Shown here: in pieces, positions 28,501 through 37,377 of the stretch
Position numbering within the stretch: position 1 is the stretch's first letter
How the letters are laid out: every line of letters begins with the position of its first letter
Assembly: GCA_964498325.1 (NCBI GenBank)
Contig: CAZCHF010000016.1
Coordinates: forward strand, 1 to 52,442
DNA: 52,442 nt
Source of the DNA: an uncultured Candidatus Kuenenia sp.
GTDB taxonomy: Bacteria > Planctomycetota > Planctomycetia > Pirellulales > UBA1268
Direction of reading: 5' to 3'
Notes under the pieces: model-generated
The model's database searches: none
What the model was told of the DNA's origin: nothing
Seen by the model: only the letters and a program-made list of their open reading frames with translations
Translations under genes and position numbers: made by a program

Positions 28501-30303
28501 TCACGCAGCAGGCCGATGGAGACGATGGGGTGGTTCCGCTGCGGTGATGCCGATCGTCTCGTCGAGGAAGCCGGCCACCTTCAGGCCGCCGGAGGCTCTG
28601 AGGCTGCGTACCTTTTCCTCGGCGCGCTCGCGGATCTCAGCATCGACGCCGGTGTCGGTCGCGACGTAGTGCGTCTGCGACGGGAAGGCGAAGCCGCAGC
28701 CGGAGTCGTTCACCACATCCATCACCCGCAGGAGGACATCCTCCTGGATCGCCAGGAACGTCGGCCAGTCACTCGTCTTCGCCAGCGCATGGATCTCGAT
28801 GTCGAGCGAATAGGCACCGTAGCCGATGAACCGCACCCGGATGCTCTCGTGGTCGATTCGGGAATGGGCTGCGAGCATGCCCCGCAGGCCCGCGAGCACA
28901 TGCCGAAGTTGATCGCCCGTGGTTTCGTATCGCAGGCCCAACTGCGTTCGCAGGAGAATCTTGTCGCGGCGGGTGAAGTTGACGAGCCGGAGCTTGGCGA
29001 ACTCCGAATTCGGGATCGATATGACCGTACGATCGACGCCGCGGATCCGGGTCGAGCGCAGGCCAATCTGTTCGACGGTCCCTCGGTGTTCACCAAACTG
29101 GCACGTGTCCCCGATCCGGACCGGCTTGTCGGCGAAGAGCACGAGCCCGGCGATGAAATTCTCGATCGTGTGCTGGGCGGCGAGGGCCACGGCGAGACCG
29201 CTGACACCCAGGCCGGCGATCAGCGGCGTCACGGAAATGCCCATCGAGTCGGCACCCACGATCACCATCCAGGCGGTGGCCAGGAACGTCGCGATGCGGA
29301 AGCCGAGCCGCACGAGTTGGGTGTCGATCCGCTCCGGGCGAAGCTGGCGGGTGTGGATGACCGCCTCGGAGAGACGTGCGAGCACGGCGCGAACGAACAG
29401 GATCCACCCCACGAACTGCGCCGCCTGGAGGAACGTGATCAGCGAGAAGAGCAGCGGTCCGGTCAGTCGAACCTGGTTCGAGAGGAGTTCGTCGAGCGTG
29501 TTGCAACTCCCGACCATCACGAGCGGGGCGGCAAGTGCCAGGACGTGGGCCATGACCCCGGGGCGATCGGCATACCTGCGGGCCAGACGAAAGGCCGACA
29601 CCACGACCGCCGTCGCCATGACCGACAGGAGAACGAGCGCGATCCACTGCCAGGCCGTTTGTTCTGCCCACTCGTCCCGCATCCAGTCCGGGAGGGCATG
29701 GATCCACGCCTCTGGAATCATCCACCCGGGTGAATGGACGTAGACATCGTGCAGCCCTGGGCTCCCGGCGTCTGGTCGGTAGGGCAGGTTCGCCACCGCC
29801 CGATAGAAATCGGTCGACCGCCCGACGGTGTCGGTGGTGAAGAGCCACTGGCCTGTTTTCGGGCCTTCGGTCACGGCCGTGAGCGTGATCTCCGTACCAG
29901 GCAACCGCCAGTGGGTGAGTTCGTCGGCAAGGACGGCCTCGGCATCGGGAATCTCCGCCCAGGCCGGAAGCGGCACGCGATCAAGCACCTCCTTGAGGTG
30001 CACCGCCACCTCACGACCTTCCGATTCGATCAGCGAGGGAGCGATCTTGGAAAGATCGAGGCAGCCCACGGCGTTGGCGCCCAGGCGGCGAAGGGCGGCC
30101 CGGTCTTCGGGCTCGAGAGGCTCGCTATGAAACGTCGCGTAGAACTCGTCGAGCGATTCGACAAACGTCAGGAGCGTCGCCCGAGGGCTCGATCGGTCTG
30201 CGGGTTTGAGCGGCGTGTCGGGCTCGTCACCCAGACCGGGCCTGCTGACGACGAGGGCCACCACGAGGGAGACCGCAAAAAATATCTGGCGAGCGATGGG
30301 CAT
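28501..30303 (-). CDS. Mechanosensitive ion channel (MscS family) with large N-terminal periplasmic domain
   Basis: Signal peptide at the ATG at 30303. MscS core (…LGVSGLAVALAAQHTIENFIAGLVLFADKPVRIGD…EQIGLRSTRIRGVDRTVISIPNS…). Confidence 0.85.
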   Translation of the reverse strand: MPIARQIFFAVSLVVALVVSRPGLGDEPDTPLKPADRSSPRATLLTFVESLDEFYATFHSEPLEPEDRAALRRLGANAVGCLDLSKIAPSLIESEGREVAVHLKEVLDRVPLPAWAEIPDAEAVLADELTHWRLPGTEITLTAVTEGPKTGQWLFTTDTVGRSTDFYRAVANLPYRPDAGSPGLHDVYVHSPGWMIPEAWIHALPDWMRDEWAEQTAWQWIALVLLSVMATAVVVSAFRLARRYADRPGVMAHVLALAAPLVMVGSCNTLDELLSNQVRLTGPLLFSLITFLQAAQFVGWILFVRAVLARLSEAVIHTRQLRPERIDTQLVRLGFRIATFLATAWMVIVGADSMGISVTPLIAGLGVSGLAVALAAQHTIENFIAGLVLFADKPVRIGDTCQFGEHRGTVEQIGLRSTRIRGVDRTVISIPNSEFAKLRLVNFTRRDKILLRTQLGLRYETTGDQLRHVLAGLRGMLAAHSRIDHESIRVRFIGYGAYSLDIEIHALAKTSDWPTFLAIQEDVLLRVMDVVNDSGCGFAFPSQTHYVATDTGVDAEIRERAEEKVRSLRASGGLKVAGFLDETIGITAAEPPHRLHRPAA

Positions 30304-30509
30304 GGAACACTCCGAGCGGGGTCGGAGGAAGTACCAGCATCTCGCACGAAGCGTCAACGCGATCGCGGCCCACGCACGCTGGCCGGGCATCCGCCCCTGC
30401 CCTGCCTTGCCTCACTTGCCTGGCCCAGCCGGGTGCTCTGGCAATGTGGGTGGTGCCAGGGCGCTGGTGTCGCTACGTTTCGGCCCCTTCGCATCGCAAT
30501 TTCCAGGCC

Positions 30510-31313
30510 ATGCCACCACTCCATCGCATCGTCGTTCACGCCGCGCTTCTGGCGGCCGCGGTTCTGTGCACTGGCTGTGGCACGAGCCGCTGGAGCGATT
30601 CGAAACGGACTGCCACCGAACAGCTCCTGGTTTCTGACGCGGTCGAGCGGGCGGTCATGCTTGTCGACATGCGACCGCTCGCCGGCCAGAGCGTGTTTCT
30701 CGATACGGCCATTCTCGATGACGTCAATGATGGCAAGTACATGACGAGTGCCCTGCGGCATCAACTCCTCGCGTCGGGATGCCAACTCGCTCCAGACAAG
30801 GATCATGCGACGGTGATCGTCGAAGCCCGAGCAGGAGCCATCGGCACCGACCGCACCGATCTGCTGCTCGGCATTCCCGCGACAAGTGTCTCGTTCATGG
30901 GCAACGGAACGTCGATTCCGGAGATCGCCGCCTTCAAGCGAACCGATCAGCGCGGCGTCGCCAAGGTGAATCTCTTCGCATACGACAAGGCGAGCGGTCG
31001 GCCGATCTGGCAGAGCGGCCTCGCCAAGGTGAAGAGCAACACGCGTGATCGATGGATCGCAGGTGCCGGCCCATTCCAAGATGGCGACATTCATGACCGT
31101 GTCGAGTTCGCCGGTGAGCGCTATTCGCTGCCGTGGAAACAGAAGGAAGCCGCCCAGCAGGCCGCCGCCGAGAAGGAAGCGGAACTTCTCGCCGAACGCA
31201 CCGACCTTCGCGACGAGAAGATTTATGCCTCCCTGCCACCGGCTACGTCGCCCGCTGCCCAGCGGCCGCTCACCGCCGATGAACGCCCCGTGAACCTCCC
31301 TCCGGTGCGATAG
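30510..31313 (+). CDS. Hypothetical lipoprotein
   Basis: ATG at 30510. Lipobox LAAAVLCTGCG. Coiled-coil-like C-terminus. No recognised family. Confidence 0.55.
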   Translation: MPPLHRIVVHAALLAAAVLCTGCGTSRWSDSKRTATEQLLVSDAVERAVMLVDMRPLAGQSVFLDTAILDDVNDGKYMTSALRHQLLASGCQLAPDKDHATVIVEARAGAIGTDRTDLLLGIPATSVSFMGNGTSIPEIAAFKRTDQRGVAKVNLFAYDKASGRPIWQSGLAKVKSNTRDRWIAGAGPFQDGDIHDRVEFAGERYSLPWKQKEAAQQAAAEKEAELLAERTDLRDEKIYASLPPATSPAAQRPLTADERPVNLPPVR

Positions 31314-31322
31314 CCGGTGAGG

Positions 31323-31664
31323 CTACTTTCGGAACATGAAGAAGACGGCGCCGCAGATGCAAAGCGCCGCCCAGAGGTAATCGAGCTTGAGTGGCTGCTT
31401 CATGTAGAGCACCGCAAAGGGCACGAAGACCGTCAGGGCGATGGCCTCCTGGAGGATCTTGAGCTGGCCAAGCGAAAACGCCGTGTAGCCGATTCGGTTG
31501 GCGGGCACCTGAAGGAGATACTCCGCGAGGGCCACGCCCCAACTGATGAAAGCCGCAATGAACCAGGGCTTGCCATTCAAGTCCTTGAGGTGGGCATACC
31601 ATGCAAACGTCATGAAGACGTTGGAGAGCCCGAGGAGCAAGGCGGTTTGAAGAATCACGGGCAT
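31323..31664 (-). CDS. Small DMT-superfamily membrane protein (DUF486-like, 4 TM)
   Basis: 113 aa, MPVILQTALLLGLSNVFMTFAWYAHLK... resembles DUF486/EamA-like half-transporters. ATG at 31664. Confidence 0.55.
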   Translation of the reverse strand: MPVILQTALLLGLSNVFMTFAWYAHLKDLNGKPWFIAAFISWGVALAEYLLQVPANRIGYTAFSLGQLKILQEAIALTVFVPFAVLYMKQPLKLDYLWAALCICGAVFFMFRK

Positions 31665-31776
31665 CGACACTCCTCCAAGGCGTGACCGCACGGGCAAGGC
31701 GTCATCTGGCTACCATTCCTTATCGGCCCGGCACGGCCCTCGGCAGAATTACGAACACGCAAGACAAACCGCAACC

Positions 31777-32412
31777 GTGGTTAGAACACTGATCCTCATT
31801 CCGACCGACCTGGAACGTCGCGGGCTTGGCTTTGGCGATGCCATCGACTCGGCCTTGTGCGGTTTCGGCCCGATTGCGGCGGGTGCCCGTGCAGCCGGCC
31901 TGCTCGCTGAGCGTCGGCCCGATCGCGTCATCCTTGTGGGCATCGCCGGTCGCTTCGATCCAAAACTGGGAATCGGCCAGTCCTACCAGTTTGCAGAAGT
32001 GGCCTGCTTCGGTGTCGGCGCAGGCTCGGGCGACGCCTTTCTCCCGGCCAGTGGCATGGGATGGCCTCAGTGGCCCGGCGACCCCGCGTCGCCAGCGGTA
32101 TCGATCGGCGATGGCATCCTGCTGGCGCCGTCGGCGGCGGCGACATGCGCAGGCCAACTTCTCACCGCCTGTGCCGCATCCGCTGGGGAGCATGACGTCG
32201 CCATCCGCCGGAGGTTGTTTCCGACCGCCGTCGCGGAAGACATGGAGGGCTTCGGGGTGGCGATGGCCTGCCGTATCGCTCGCGTGCCGCTGACCATCAT
32301 CCGCGGCATCTCGAACAACGCCGGCGATCGAGACGTAACTCGCTGGCAGATTCAGGCGGCACTCAGCGCTGCCGCGACGCTCACGCGGGAGATTCTGGAG
32401 GCGCCACCGTGA
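31777..32412 (+). CDS. mqnB: Futalosine hydrolase (MTA/SAH-nucleosidase family), menaquinone biosynthesis via futalosine
   Basis: PNP/MTAN-fold motifs (ILIPTDLE..., VAEDMEGFGVAMAC). GTG start at 31777. 4-bp overlap with the downstream mqnD. Confidence 0.75.
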   Translation: MVRTLILIPTDLERRGLGFGDAIDSALCGFGPIAAGARAAGLLAERRPDRVILVGIAGRFDPKLGIGQSYQFAEVACFGVGAGSGDAFLPASGMGWPQWPGDPASPAVSIGDGILLAPSAAATCAGQLLTACAASAGEHDVAIRRRLFPTAVAEDMEGFGVAMACRIARVPLTIIRGISNNAGDRDVTRWQIQAALSAAATLTREILEAPP

Positions 32413-33260
32413 GTCGCACCATCCGCCTCGGCATCTCCCCCTGCCCCAACGACACCTTCGCCTTTCACGGGCTGCTCACGAACCGCGTGGACACCGGCCC
32501 GCTGCGATTTGAAATCGAGCTTCTCGACATCGAGCGACTCAACGAGCGGATGCTCAGCGGCGACTTCGACGTGTGCAAGGTCAGCTTTGCAGCCGCCCTG
32601 GCAATGGCCCACGACATCGTCGTATTGCCGAGCGGCTCGGCACTCGGCTTCGGTGTGGGGCCACTCCTTCTGGCGGCAGCGCCAGACACTCATCCGTCAT
32701 CGACCGAGCAAGTCACCCTCTGCCCTGGAAGGCACACGACAGCCTCGCTCCTTTTCTCGCTCTTTCATCCCCAGTCGACACGTGTCGAGCAGGTGGTCTT
32801 CTCCGACATCATGCCACGGCTCGAACAGGGCTCGGCCGATTTTGGCGTGTGCATCCACGAAGGCCGGTTTACCTGGCGAGAACGAGGCCTCTGTCTCGTC
32901 GAAGATCTCGGAACCCGGTGGGAGACCGAGACCGGATGCCCACTGCCGCTCGGCGGGATCGTCGCCAGACGCATGCTCTCGCACGACGTCATCGCCGCCA
33001 TCCAGAAGTCGATTCACGAGTCGCTCACGCTGGCCCTGGCCGCCCCCGAGGCGGCCCTGCCCACCATGCGGGCCCACGCCCAGGAGTTTGACGACCGGGT
33101 GCTCATGCAGCACGTCGAGCTCTATGTGAACGACTGGACTCGGGATCTCGGCGCAGTCGGCCGCCGCGCTCTGGCAGAGTTGTCGATCCGCGCCGCCGCG
33201 ACAGGCCTGACCGCCAGCGCCCCACTCGGCGTCTTCGGCCCCTCGTCTCAGGTCGGGTAG
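32409..33260 (+). CDS. mqnD: 1,4-dihydroxy-6-naphthoate synthase
   Basis: MqnD-typical N-terminus IRLGISPCPNDTFAFHGL and ...FDVCKVSF... Coupled to mqnB. Confidence 0.8.
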   Translation: MSRTIRLGISPCPNDTFAFHGLLTNRVDTGPLRFEIELLDIERLNERMLSGDFDVCKVSFAAALAMAHDIVVLPSGSALGFGVGPLLLAAAPDTHPSSTEQVTLCPGRHTTASLLFSLFHPQSTRVEQVVFSDIMPRLEQGSADFGVCIHEGRFTWRERGLCLVEDLGTRWETETGCPLPLGGIVARRMLSHDVIAAIQKSIHESLTLALAAPEAALPTMRAHAQEFDDRVLMQHVELYVNDWTRDLGAVGRRALAELSIRAAATGLTASAPLGVFGPSSQVG

Positions 33261-33267
33261 TCCACAG

Positions 33268-34365
33268 TTACCCGATGTCGAGCCAGCGTGGAAGCGCCGC
33301 ATCGGGAGCGAGGCCGAGGATCTGCCTGAGCGTGGCAAGGTCTTCGTCGTCGAGCGGTACGAATACCACCGGGTCTTGGACGAGTTGCGCATCGATGAGT
33401 CGGTAGTCGGTCACATGGCCGTCTTCGACGACCGGCGCCCGCCCGTAGCCATACATCATGTTGTCGACGTTCTCGAAGAAGTTCGCGAGCGTGACGCGGT
33501 CCGGCCGCGGCTGCCGGATGAAGTAGAGTTCGATCACATCTCGCCAGAAGTGCGGCACGAATTTTTCACTGATCGCAACGAAGCCGACACGGTTGCGATT
33601 CGTGCCCGCGATGCACACGGGGAGCGACGCGAGCTCGAGCCCTCGCCGGCTTGCTTCCACGGTGATCTGATCCAAGAGGTTGATGGAAAAATCGGCACTG
33701 AAGCAGTCGTCGCAGATGATGACGAGCTGGGAGAAGTCCGCGGCCATCGCGGGGGGCACGCCGTCGAGCAGGGCTGCGGCGAGCCGCTCGAAGCGGATGT
33801 GGTAGCTCTGAATCTCGGTCGGCAAGCCGTGCCCGAGCACGACCAGTGTGGTGGGCTTGCCTGCCTGCACGGCCCTCGTCACTGCCTTCAAAAAGCTCTC
33901 GGCGACACTGTCGAGGGTCTCACCATCGCCGTCACGTTTGAAGATCGTCGAGTCGCAGCCATAGGCATCGCCGATCGCCGTGATCTCCCGTGGCCCGAGT
34001 CCTCGATCGGGATCGAGCAGACCGATGACCGTGCGCCCCCGAGCGAGCACCGGCATGTCACGGACGGCGTTGCGCTTCGCCGCGATGAACTCAGCCAGGG
34101 CCACGAGCGTCTTGACCTGACCGGGTTCGTCGAGTGACTGAAGCGCTTCCGCATGGCCACACGCGAGGTGGTAGACCGACGGTGCGATCTGCCGCCACTG
34201 CTTCGCCGTGCCGCTGAACTGCTTGGCTACCGTGCGGCCGACCCCCGAATCGAATGATGCGAAGTCAGGGGGCATGGTTGTCGACTGAGCGAAAGCCACA
34301 GGGCACGCATTCGCGCCGAGAAGCAGGACCGTTGCGACAACAATCTCGATCTTTCGGGTAGTCAT
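33268..34365 (-). CDS. Secreted hypothetical protein with candidate His/Cys dyad (LVVLGHG ... ICDDCFSADF), possible caspase/clostripain-fold peptidase
   Basis: Signal peptide at the ATG at 34365 (MTTRKIEIVVATVLLLGANA). Final gene of the ECF-sigma/anti-sigma operon. The peptidase assignment is inference only. Confidence 0.55.
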   Translation of the reverse strand: MTTRKIEIVVATVLLLGANACPVAFAQSTTMPPDFASFDSGVGRTVAKQFSGTAKQWRQIAPSVYHLACGHAEALQSLDEPGQVKTLVALAEFIAAKRNAVRDMPVLARGRTVIGLLDPDRGLGPREITAIGDAYGCDSTIFKRDGDGETLDSVAESFLKAVTRAVQAGKPTTLVVLGHGLPTEIQSYHIRFERLAAALLDGVPPAMAADFSQLVIICDDCFSADFSINLLDQITVEASRRGLELASLPVCIAGTNRNRVGFVAISEKFVPHFWRDVIELYFIRQPRPDRVTLANFFENVDNMMYGYGRAPVVEDGHVTDYRLIDAQLVQDPVVFVPLDDEDLATLRQILGLAPDAALPRWLDIG

Positions 34366-34387
34366 CGCTCCCAAGCCTACGCAATGT

Positions 34388-36631
34388 TCATCGCGCCTGT
34401 TCGGCACGACGAACGAGGTCGAGAAATTCCGCTCGATAGCCCCCGTCATCGGCGCCAAGTGAACCCCCGGCGATTTCGGCGACCATCGGGAGCGTCGCCC
34501 CACCTGCATGTTCACTGCCTCGGAGGATCATCCCGAAGGCCGCCACGGCCGAGGCAAACCGCAGGTTTGCCGATGCATCATCAAACCGACCTCCGGCATC
34601 GGCCAGCGGCACTTCGAGAAGCCGGCTCTTGTCTCCGTCGGGCTGCTTGTAGCGCAGCTTCACGGTCAGCAGTTCATGGCTGATGTCCGAGGCCAGGTCT
34701 TGCGAGCGAGTCACCGCTATCGGCTTCCCGCTATCGGCTTTCACGTTCGGCTGATACTTGAATGGCTCGGCACCACCGGTGCCATCCACTTCGCCTTCGC
34801 CGACGAGCGTGATCTCGTAGAGCGCGGTCACGTGGTGGCCGGCCCCGATCTCACCGGCATCCTTGGTGTCGTCTCGAAAATCGCGATCGGCAAGGGCACG
34901 GTTTTCATACCCCACGAGTCGATATGAGGCCACGCGGGCCGGATTGAACTCAACCTGAATCTTGACGTCCTTGGCGATCGTAATCGTGCTTCCCGTGAGT
35001 TGCTCCACGAGCACCTTGCGGGCCTCGCGAACACCGTCGATATAAGCGTAGATCCCGTTGCCCTTGTCGGCGAGCTTCTCCATTTTCTCGTCTTGAAGAT
35101 TTCCTTGACCGAACCCGAGCACCGTCAAGAACGTGCCCCCCTTTGCCATGCGCGTGATCAACTCAACGAGGGCTTCGTCACTGGTGATGCCGACGTTGAG
35201 ATCGCCATCCGTGGCGAGGATCACACGATTGGCACCGCCCTGGATGAACCGCTCAGCCGCTTGCTCGTATGCGAGCGTGATGCCGGCGCTACCGTGCGTG
35301 GAGCCCCCCGAGGAGAGCGCCTCAATCGCTTCTCGGATCTTCTGTTTCTGATCACCACTGGTTGACGGAAGTACTAGGCCGGCGTTTCCTGCGTAGGTGA
35401 CGATCGCAACACGGTCGTTCTCGGTGAGCTCCTCCACGAGCATGAGAAGCGACTGCTTCACGAGTGGCAACTTGTCGGCGTCGGCCATCGAACCCGACAC
35501 ATCGACCAAGAACACGAGGTTGCCGGCCGGCCGCTGATCCCGGTTCACGTCGCGCCCCGCCAAGCCGATGCGAACGATCTTGTGGTTCGGCCGCCAGGGG
35601 CAGGTCGCCGCCTCGACGTTCACCGAAAACGGCACCTCACCGGTCGGAGCTGGGTCGTCATAGGAAAAGTAATTGACGAATTCCTCGATGCGCACGGCAT
35701 CTCGTGGCGGACGCTGGCCGGCCATCAGGAACCGTCGCACATTGGCGTACGACGCGGTATCGACATCGATCGAGAACGTGGAGAGTGGACGATCGGCCGT
35801 TGTCAGAAAACCGTTCTCGCTGAAACGGTTGTACCGCTCGCCAGAGTGTTCCCTAGCTTGTTCGTGCCCTTGAGCTTGGCCATGAGGCACAGGACTATCG
35901 ACGGCCCGAAGGTCCTTGTTCGTGAAACGTTCCCGCGTCTTTGTCAGGGACTGCCAGTCGCTTTGGTCTCGATAGACTTCTGACGGAACAATTCTTCGGT
36001 GGAGGTCGCCCGTATTCTCAAGGCCGGAGGATTGCCCCCCAGCCTGTTCGTTGGCACGACCGGAAGTGACGGAACGTCCGTGGTCGGGCTGAAGATCGAC
36101 CCCTGGCGCTGATGCACCGAGGCCCCCGGCGCCTTTCCGATCCCCGAGCGGTACCGACGACACTCGCGGCGCAGCCTGCTGGGGCACTGAAGCATCGATC
36201 TCGGTATCGACAACCCGCCGTGCCACCTCACGGGCATGCTGAACGGGCGGCAACAGCAGGACCACGAGCAACGGAATCGAAAGTGCGACGCCGCCCGCCA
36301 CAAATACCCACCGCAGGTGGCGACGACGTTGCACCGGCTCAGGCACCGACGTGCTTGACTTGCCGGATTGTGCGACCGCTGCAATCACAGCACGACGCAG
36401 CTCTGGTGATCGTTCGGGAACATCGTGGTCCCGCGCATCAACGAGCGCGGCAGCAACCTGCGAGGCCTCGGCCACTTGCTGCCTTGCAGCTTCGGCATCG
36501 GTGGCCGCCAAGATGGCTTCAGCAGCTTCACGATCCTCGCCCTCCAGTTGGCCGAGGGCATACGCCGTGATGAGAACATCCCGCGCCTCCTGCGGCGTGA
36601 CTGAACCGACATCGTCTTGTTTGCGATTCAT
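34388..36631 (-). CDS. Anti-sigma factor N-terminal domain fused via one TM helix to a von Willebrand factor type A domain and YfbK-like C-terminal (DUF3520-like) region
   Basis: An N-terminal anti-sigma helix region; the TM helix VFVAGGVALSIPLLVVLLLP; the vWA MIDAS motif DVSGSM...T..A; and a long C-terminal beta-rich region. The start overlaps the ECF gene stop by 4 bp. Confidence 0.8.
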   Translation of the reverse strand: MNRKQDDVGSVTPQEARDVLITAYALGQLEGEDREAAEAILAATDAEAARQQVAEASQVAAALVDARDHDVPERSPELRRAVIAAVAQSGKSSTSVPEPVQRRRHLRWVFVAGGVALSIPLLVVLLLPPVQHAREVARRVVDTEIDASVPQQAAPRVSSVPLGDRKGAGGLGASAPGVDLQPDHGRSVTSGRANEQAGGQSSGLENTGDLHRRIVPSEVYRDQSDWQSLTKTRERFTNKDLRAVDSPVPHGQAQGHEQAREHSGERYNRFSENGFLTTADRPLSTFSIDVDTASYANVRRFLMAGQRPPRDAVRIEEFVNYFSYDDPAPTGEVPFSVNVEAATCPWRPNHKIVRIGLAGRDVNRDQRPAGNLVFLVDVSGSMADADKLPLVKQSLLMLVEELTENDRVAIVTYAGNAGLVLPSTSGDQKQKIREAIEALSSGGSTHGSAGITLAYEQAAERFIQGGANRVILATDGDLNVGITSDEALVELITRMAKGGTFLTVLGFGQGNLQDEKMEKLADKGNGIYAYIDGVREARKVLVEQLTGSTITIAKDVKIQVEFNPARVASYRLVGYENRALADRDFRDDTKDAGEIGAGHHVTALYEITLVGEGEVDGTGGAEPFKYQPNVKADSGKPIAVTRSQDLASDISHELLTVKLRYKQPDGDKSRLLEVPLADAGGRFDDASANLRFASAVAAFGMILRGSEHAGGATLPMVAEIAGGSLGADDGGYRAEFLDLVRRAEQAR

Positions 36632-37254
36632 GGCTGGCTCTCCCCGGAGTTCTGGCAGGTGGCAGTGGGCGATGACGGGATTGCAGACGCAACCGTGGCA
36701 TGTGGTGCATCTGCGAACAGTTCACGAACAAGCGGGTGCATCCGCAGTGCTGTCAGGCCACGATGGGCGAGCACCCGAACATGCCCCTCTTGGCGACCGC
36801 TGATCGTGGCGATCTCGCGATACGTAAATCCCTCGCACCAGAGGTCGATCGTTTCCCGCTGGGCAGCCGGAAGATGGCGTAGGAGCTCGCGGAGCCGTGA
36901 GGCAAGATCGGCACGCTCGACGGCGATGGCCGGATCGATACTGCGCGCGTCTTCGTGAGGACTCGCACCCTCGCCACAGTCGCTGGCAGCAGAGTCGGCG
37001 ACGAGTGACTGCTCACGGCCAGCGTGTCGCAGATGGTCTACCGCCCGATTGCGGCAGACCCGATAGAGCCACGGTGCCACGTGGTCTCCCACGCGGGACC
37101 GCGACTCGCCGCACAGCGCCAGAAATGCATGCTGCACCGCATCAGCAGCCAGATCGAAATCGCCGAGGAGACGGCGTGCGTAACGAGTCAGCGGCTTTTC
37201 GTATTGATCGACCGCATCGAGGAGCCACCCAGGGGTTTCGCCGGTGCTCGCCAT
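36628..37254 (-). CDS. ECF (extracytoplasmic function) RNA polymerase sigma factor
   Basis: Region 2 (…RYARRLLGDFDLAADAVQHAFLAL…WLYRVCRNRAVDHLR…) and region 4 (…AQRETIDLWCEGFTYREIATISGRQEGHVRVLAHRGLTALR…), with a short C-terminal extension. Confidence 0.85.
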   Translation of the reverse strand: MASTGETPGWLLDAVDQYEKPLTRYARRLLGDFDLAADAVQHAFLALCGESRSRVGDHVAPWLYRVCRNRAVDHLRHAGREQSLVADSAASDCGEGASPHEDARSIDPAIAVERADLASRLRELLRHLPAAQRETIDLWCEGFTYREIATISGRQEGHVRVLAHRGLTALRMHPLVRELFADAPHATVASAIPSSPTATCQNSGESQP

Positions 37255-37377
37255 GACTCCGCTCCTTGCACGCTGGTGGATACCCAACCTACCAACGGCC
37301 TGGCGGCCAATCCGTTACAGTCGCGGAAAAGTTTTTTGTTGCCGAGCGATCCCAGAACCTTGCCTGCCGCCGGCGGG

